64,000 nt of DNA, taken from contig PLUL01000051.1 in NCBI GenBank assembly GCA_003164895.1, positions 691 through 64,690 on the forward strand, in the 5' to 3' direction. Within the stretch, counting starts at the first letter, position 1; each line of letters begins with the position of its first letter. Of the stretch, positions 58,665 to 64,000 are shown piece by piece. The stretch comes from Bacteroidota bacterium. Lineage in GTDB: Bacteria; Bacteroidota; Bacteroidia; Palsa-948. The position numbers and the translations under genes are program-made. The notes below the pieces were generated by a model. It did no database searches, was not told the origin of the DNA, and saw only the letters and a list, made by a program, of their open reading frames with translations.

Positions 58665-59744
58665 TTATCTCACAACCGTAATTTTGCTTGTCATTTTATT
58701 ATCTCCAGCAATAATAGTATAGAAATACATTCCTGAAGAAAGATTTGATACATCAAGTTTTACGTTATGATTTCCGGCAGATTGTATGCCTTGGCTAAGG
58801 TCTGACAATTTTTTTCCGGCAATATCATATACAGTCAAGTTAACATTTGCTGTCTCTTTCAATGAATAACTAATCATTGTGTTATTGCTTGCAGGGTTAG
58901 GATAATTTTGAAGCGCGGAAATGTTTGAATTAAATTCATTTACTCCAGCGTTTGTTACATTTAAAACTGGATAAACCGCAAGAGCAAGACTTAAACCCCA
59001 GTCTGCTTTAAAGGAAGCCCATGTTCCCGGTGCTGGAGTATACAATTCAAAAGTATGAGTAGAATCCTTAAACTCTGCACCTCTGGTTGTAATCAATCCA
59101 GCAGAATCACCAGCAGCATCATAAGTAATGGTAAATCCCGCCCAAAAAGTATGGTTCACAGGAATTGAAATGGTGGTAGTGAAGGTCGCGTTTATATTAT
59201 ATATGCCCATAGGACCAGATGATGGACCTATGAGGTGTTTTGCAGCAATTGAAGTATCCATAAGTGCAACAGTAACAGGAGTTGCAGTGCCAAGAACCGT
59301 TCCTGGTACACCTGCATTATCAGCCCAAATAGTAGGAATCCACGATGCATTTCCAGGAGTTGTTCCTAATTTTTTGTCTCCAACCCACATAAGCAAATTG
59401 GTGATAGTGCCACTCGCGTTTGCAACACCATATTGTGAATCAAATTTTTGTGCTTTTGCCATATCTCCGTACTGGTTGTGCCCGGCAAGATAACTGTGTT
59501 TAGTAGGAGAACAAGTATATAAAGTAGCAGTGTCAACCGATGGGTATGGAAGAATCCTCCCCCAATGAGCAGTGATGGTGTCGCTCACGGTTGACATCGG
59601 CTGAACAGATGATTGGTTTTTTTCTGCTCCTTGCAAAGCAGATAAATTAATTGGATTACTTTGTGCAGCTCTCTTGTTTTGGGCAAAGCCGTTTGCCACA
59701 AAAAGAAAACAAGATGCTACAACTAAATAGTAAACTTTTTTCAT
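58665..59744 (-). CDS. T9SS cargo with type A C-terminal sorting domain
   Basis: Probable start ATG 59744. Signal ending GFA-Q. QNYPNPA...VYDIAGK...LSSGMYFY...SKITVVR. TATATTTG box at 59845-59852 on the minus strand. Confidence 0.88.
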   Translation of the reverse strand: MKKVYYLVVASCFLFVANGFAQNKRAAQSNPINLSALQGAEKNQSSVQPMSTVSDTITAHWGRILPYPSVDTATLYTCSPTKHSYLAGHNQYGDMAKAQKFDSQYGVANASGTITNLLMWVGDKKLGTTPGNASWIPTIWADNAGVPGTVLGTATPVTVALMDTSIAAKHLIGPSSGPMGIYNINATFTTTISIPVNHTFWAGFTITYDAAGDSAGLITTRGAEFKDSTHTFELYTPAPGTWASFKADWGLSLALAVYPVLNVTNAGVNEFNSNISALQNYPNPASNNTMISYSLKETANVNLTVYDIAGKKLSDLSQGIQSAGNHNVKLDVSNLSSGMYFYTIIAGDNKMTSKITVVR

Positions 59745-59870
59745 AGTGTGTGTTTTTAAGTTATTGTTTTTTGAATGGTTTGATGGATTAAAAATCAAAA
59801 GGTTTAATTTCGATTTTTTCCAACTAAAAATTTATTGACGACTGCAAATATAAAACATTTTCTAAAACGG

Positions 59871-62753
59871 CTATATCATTTCTTTTTCATACTGCTCAAT
59901 GGGCGGGCAAGCGCAAATTAAATTCCTGTCGCCATGCGCATTGTCTATTTTTCCTACTGATGGCCAGAATTTATTTTCACGCACCCATTTTAATGGATAC
60001 GCTGCCTTTTCCCTTGAATAAGAATGTTTCCATTCATCGGCAATCAAAACTTTAGCCGTGTGCGGAGCATTTTTCAAAACGTTATCTGCTTTATCTGTTT
60101 TTCCTGAAACGATCTCATCAATTTCTTTTTTAATTGAAATGAGCGCATCGCAAAATTTGTCAAGTTCTTCTTTCGATTCGCTTTCAGTAGGTTCAACCAT
60201 TAATGTATCGTGTACCGGAAACGAAACCGTTGGTGCATGAAAGCCGTAGTCCATCAATCGTTTTGCAATGTCTCCCACCTCTACTCCCGAAGCGCGTTTA
60301 ATTTCTGCACAATCCAAGATCATTTCGTGCGCAACGTGGCCGCTCTTTCCAACATATAAAATTGGAAAATGTTTTTTCAAAATATCCTTCATGTAATTTG
60401 CATTGAGGATCGCATAGCGGGTTGCATCAGTCACTCCTTTTCCGCCAAGCATTTTTATATACGCGTAAGAAATAAGAAGAATAAGCGCGCTACCAAATGG
60501 AGCTGCTGAAACAGCTGCCACCGTGTTTGGATTTGCGTTATGAGATTTTAAAAACGGATGCGATGGAAGAAATGGTGCAAGATGCGAAGCCACGCCAATT
60601 GGTCCAACTCCGGGTCCACCTCCTCCGTGAGGAATTGCAAATGTTTTATGAAGATTCAAATGGCAAACATCGGCACCGATAGTGGCTGGACTTGTTAGTC
60701 CGACCTGTGCATTCATGTTTGCTCCGTCCATGTAAACCTGTCCGCCATTAGCGTGAATTATTTTTGTGATCTCGGTAATTGCTTCTTCAAACACTCCGTG
60801 TGTGGAAGGATATGTGACCATGAGGCAGGAAAGATTTGCTTTGTGTTTTTCTGCTTTCTCTTTCAGATCATTTACATCCACATTTCCCATCGCATCGCAT
60901 TTCACAATTACGATATCCATTCCAGCCATTGCTGCGCTCGCAGGATTTGTTCCGTGTGCGGAAGAAGGAATTAATACCACTTTTCTGTGAGTATCCCCTT
61001 TGCTACGATGATACGCCTGGATCACAAGTAGCCCTGCATATTCTCCAGAAGCTCCGCTGTTCGGCTGAAATGAAATGGCAGAAAATCCGGTGATCTCACA
61101 AAGGAATTTTTCAAGTTCGGAAATTACAATCTTGTAACCTTCCGCCTGATCCATCGGAACAAACGGATGAATGTTTGCAAATTCGTTCCAAGTGATCGGA
61201 TATAATTCTGCGGCAGCATTTAATTTCATAGTGCAGGAACCCAGAGAGATCATGGAATGTGTAAGCGATAAATCTTTATTCTCCAAACGCTTGATGTAGC
61301 GCATCATTTCCGTTTCCGAATGATAGGAATTAAAAACAGGATGCGTCAAGTATTTTGACTGACGATTGAAAGAAGAATTCTTGATCACACTTTTATTTGT
61401 TTCTCCATTCAATGCAGGAACTGAACTATTTTTTCCAAGGGCTTCAGCAAAAACTTCCACGATTTCTTTTGCATCTTTTCCTGACGTGGTTTCGTCAATG
61501 CTGATGGAAATGTTTTTTTCGGTATAGGAGAAATTGATTTGTTTCCCTTCAGCGATTGTTTTTATTTTCTGCATCAGAATTTTATCCGCAACAGAAACTG
61601 AAATAGTGTCGAAGAAATTTTTATTCTCGTTCTTCAAGCCAAATTTTTCCAGTTGCTCCGACATTCCGCAGGCGAGATGATGAATCTTCTCAGCGATCGC
61701 TTTTACTCCGTGCGGACCGTGATAAACTCCGTACATGCTTGCCATGATAGCGAGCAATGCCTGTGCAGTGCAAATATTTGAAGTCGCTTTTTCCCTGCGG
61801 ATGTGTTGCTCGCGAGTTTGCAACGCCATGCGAAGTGCGGGATTTCCGGATGAATCTACCGACACACCAATGATTCTTCCGGGCAGTAAACGTTTGAAAT
61901 CTTCTTTCGCAGCAAAGAATGCTGCATGTGGTCCGCCATATCCCATCGGCACACCAAAGCGCTGAGAATTTCCGAGCACCACATCAGCGCCCCATTCTCC
62001 CGGAGGAACGAGTAAAGTCAAACTCATCAGATCAGCGGCAACAGCTACAAACGCATTTGCAAAATGAATTTTATTTACAAATTCTTTGTAATCGGAAATA
62101 TTTCCGTTTGTGTCGGGATATTGAACAAGTGCTCCGAAAATATTTTCTGCTGTGGAAATTTTTGAATGATCCCCAACAACAACTTCGATTCCCAAAAGCA
62201 ATGCACGTGTTTTCACCACATCAATTGTCTGAGGGAAACAGGTGGAAGAAACGAAAAAAGTATTTGCCGAAGATTTTGTTTTCGGGCGGGAATTATGAAA
62301 CAGGATCATCGCTTCGGCTGCAGCAGTTGCTTCATCCAAAAGAGAAGCGTTTGCAATTGGCAAACCTGTAAGATCAATTACCATCGTTTGGAAATTCAGA
62401 AGCGCTTCCAATCTTCCCTGTGAAATTTCTGCCTGATAAGGTGTGTAGGCGGTGTACCAACCCGGGTTTTCCAAAATATTCCGCTGAACAACAGGAGGAA
62501 CGATGCAGTTATAATATCCGAGCCCGATATAAGATTTAAAGACTTTGTTTTTAGCAGCAACACTTTTTAATTCCTTCAAGTATTCGTATTCACTCATTCC
62601 TTCAGGAATATTAAGCGGTTTTTTCAAACGAATGTTTGAGGGAACAGTTTGGTTAATGAGTTCATCAAGCGATGACGCTCCGATCTTCTGAAGCATTGAT
62701 TTTACATCCTTGTCCCTGGGTCCGATGTGTCGCGCTGCGAATGATTGATTCAT
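59871..62753 (-). CDS. gcvP: Glycine dehydrogenase (decarboxylating), glycine cleavage P protein
   Basis: [52 protein letters not shown] (PLP Lys), EPTESE. Confidence 0.97.
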   Translation of the reverse strand: MNQSFAARHIGPRDKDVKSMLQKIGASSLDELINQTVPSNIRLKKPLNIPEGMSEYEYLKELKSVAAKNKVFKSYIGLGYYNCIVPPVVQRNILENPGWYTAYTPYQAEISQGRLEALLNFQTMVIDLTGLPIANASLLDEATAAAEAMILFHNSRPKTKSSANTFFVSSTCFPQTIDVVKTRALLLGIEVVVGDHSKISTAENIFGALVQYPDTNGNISDYKEFVNKIHFANAFVAVAADLMSLTLLVPPGEWGADVVLGNSQRFGVPMGYGGPHAAFFAAKEDFKRLLPGRIIGVSVDSSGNPALRMALQTREQHIRREKATSNICTAQALLAIMASMYGVYHGPHGVKAIAEKIHHLACGMSEQLEKFGLKNENKNFFDTISVSVADKILMQKIKTIAEGKQINFSYTEKNISISIDETTSGKDAKEIVEVFAEALGKNSSVPALNGETNKSVIKNSSFNRQSKYLTHPVFNSYHSETEMMRYIKRLENKDLSLTHSMISLGSCTMKLNAAAELYPITWNEFANIHPFVPMDQAEGYKIVISELEKFLCEITGFSAISFQPNSGASGEYAGLLVIQAYHRSKGDTHRKVVLIPSSAHGTNPASAAMAGMDIVIVKCDAMGNVDVNDLKEKAEKHKANLSCLMVTYPSTHGVFEEAITEITKIIHANGGQVYMDGANMNAQVGLTSPATIGADVCHLNLHKTFAIPHGGGGPGVGPIGVASHLAPFLPSHPFLKSHNANPNTVAAVSAAPFGSALILLISYAYIKMLGGKGVTDATRYAILNANYMKDILKKHFPILYVGKSGHVAHEMILDCAEIKRASGVEVGDIAKRLMDYGFHAPTVSFPVHDTLMVEPTESESKEELDKFCDALISIKKEIDEIVSGKTDKADNVLKNAPHTAKVLIADEWKHSYSREKAAYPLKWVRENKFWPSVGKIDNAHGDRNLICACPPIEQYEKEMI

Positions 62754-62858
62754 AGTTTGGATTCTAAAAATTTAGTGGCAAATATAAAATAAATGGCAGA
62801 TAAAATTTATGACGGGCGAAAAAACTTAATGGTACATTTAACAAATTATTGCATTGTT

Positions 62859-63734
62859 GTGAACCCAAAAACCCGCAATTTATTTCTTCTGCATTTCATC
62901 GTTTTCGTTTGGGGATGGACGGCTGTGCTCGGGAAAATAATTACGCTTCCGGCTCTGCAAATGATCTGGCTTCGAGTGATGATCTCATTTATTGGAATTT
63001 TTGGTTACGCCTTGTACAAAAAAACTTCTCTCCTCCCATCCCGAAAAATTATTTTACAGCTTCTTGGGATCGGAATAATTGTGGGGTTGCATTGGATCTG
63101 TTTTTACAGTGCCGTGAAAGTCAGCAATGTTTCCGTTACGCTTGCATGTTTTTCTACCGGAACTTTATTTACCTCTTTAATAGAACCTGTTTTTTATAAA
63201 AGAAAAGTTTTGTGGTATGAAATTTTTTTCGGACTCGTGGTGATCGGTGCATTGCTGATGATCTTTAATGTCGAAACAAAATATACGCTGGGAATTCTTC
63301 TGGGTATTGGAGCTGCGCTTACTTCCTCCATCATGGCGGTGGTGAACAGCATTATGAGTCGAAAAAATATTGGAGCAGATGTAATTTCTGTTTACGAAAT
63401 GATCGGATGCTGGGCGTGTATTTCGATTTTTATTTTCTTGCTGGAACCGGGCACTGCAACTTTTTCAGGCATCAGCACACACGATTGGTTTTATCTTTTA
63501 GTACTTGCCATTTTATGCACCACGGTTCCTTTTGTGATTGGCGTGGCAATTCTGCGAAACATCAGTCCTTACACCATGTCGCTCACTTTAAACCTTGAAA
63601 CTATTTACGGAATTTTATTTGCATTTTTTATTTTCAAAAACAGCGAAGTGATGTCGCCAACATTTTACATTGGAGTAGCAATTATTCTTTCAACTATTGT
63701 TGCGGATACAATTATGAAACGTTATATAAAATAA
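62859..63734 (+). CDS. DMT/EamA family transporter
   Basis: LHFIVFVWGWTAVLGK, HWICFY, NLE.IYGI, 10 TM segments. Probable GTG start 62859. Confidence 0.85.
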   Translation: MNPKTRNLFLLHFIVFVWGWTAVLGKIITLPALQMIWLRVMISFIGIFGYALYKKTSLLPSRKIILQLLGIGIIVGLHWICFYSAVKVSNVSVTLACFSTGTLFTSLIEPVFYKRKVLWYEIFFGLVVIGALLMIFNVETKYTLGILLGIGAALTSSIMAVVNSIMSRKNIGADVISVYEMIGCWACISIFIFLLEPGTATFSGISTHDWFYLLVLAILCTTVPFVIGVAILRNISPYTMSLTLNLETIYGILFAFFIFKNSEVMSPTFYIGVAIILSTIVADTIMKRYIK

Positions 63735-63748
63735 TATCTGGTTTTCCA

Positions 63749-63756
63749 TAACTTTG
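63749..63756 (+). promoter_or_regulatory. Bacteroidota -7 promoter box for ispG
   Basis: TAACTTTG 5 nt before the ATG, which would give a nearly leaderless transcript. Confidence 0.55.
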
Positions 63757-63761
63757 CAGGA

Positions 63762-64000
63762 ATGATCACGCTCCAGAAAAAAAATATTTACTGCAATTCC
63801 CTTTTTGAATATTCGCGTTTAAAAACCCGCGAAGTGAAAGTCGGTGAACTGGGAATTGGCGGCAATAATCCCATTCGTATTCAGTCCATGACAACGACGG
63901 ATACGATGGATACTATCAAAACCGTTGAGCAATCTATTCGAATGATTAAAGCAGGATGCGAATTGGTACGAATTACGGCGCCAAGTTTGAACGAAGCAAA
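63762..64000 (+). CDS. ispG: (E)-4-hydroxy-3-methylbut-2-enyl-diphosphate synthase, 5' part
   Basis: Not in the ORF track. Manual translation MITLQKKNIYCNSLFEYSRLKTREVKVGELGIGGNNPIRIQSMTTTDTMDT...AGCELVRITAPS. Confidence 0.93.
   Translation, partial: MITLQKKNIYCNSLFEYSRLKTREVKVGELGIGGNNPIRIQSMTTTDTMDTIKTVEQSIRMIKAGCELVRITAPSLNEA

Noticed and set aside
62754-62858. Glycine riboswitch upstream of gcvP
   Set aside because: The gap is about 100 bp, a TATATTTG promoter box lies about 25 nt from the start, and no aptamer motifs are visible.

Overview
Chromosomal, AT-rich window from a Bacteroidota bacterium, judged from TAnnTTTG-type -7 promoter boxes, the porP-gldKLMN type IX secretion/gliding motor operon, type A and type B T9SS C-terminal domains, and Gln at +1 of most signal peptides. 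It holds about 47 protein genes. These include housekeeping genes (sdhCAB, hemA, a hemC-hemD fusion, hemB, cysS, rnhB, trhO, gcvP, slyD, mltD, partial ispG) and much surface/T9SS content (four PorP/SprF paralogues, a 2279-aa SprB-like adhesin, a PKD cargo, two paralogous type A cargos, a DUF5723-TSP3-OmpA protein, an exported WD40-caspase). I saw no rRNA, tRNA, CRISPR array, transposase or integrase. The most unusual signal is a set of short 7-bp tandem arrays (4-5 units, several unit families) that lie in frame inside genes and mostly encode signal-peptide cores, so unrelated proteins carry near-identical signal peptides. There are also two palindromic REP-like elements, one of them in frame inside a gene, and a structured leader upstream of mltD. 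All family assignments come from motif recognition by eye, not database searches.
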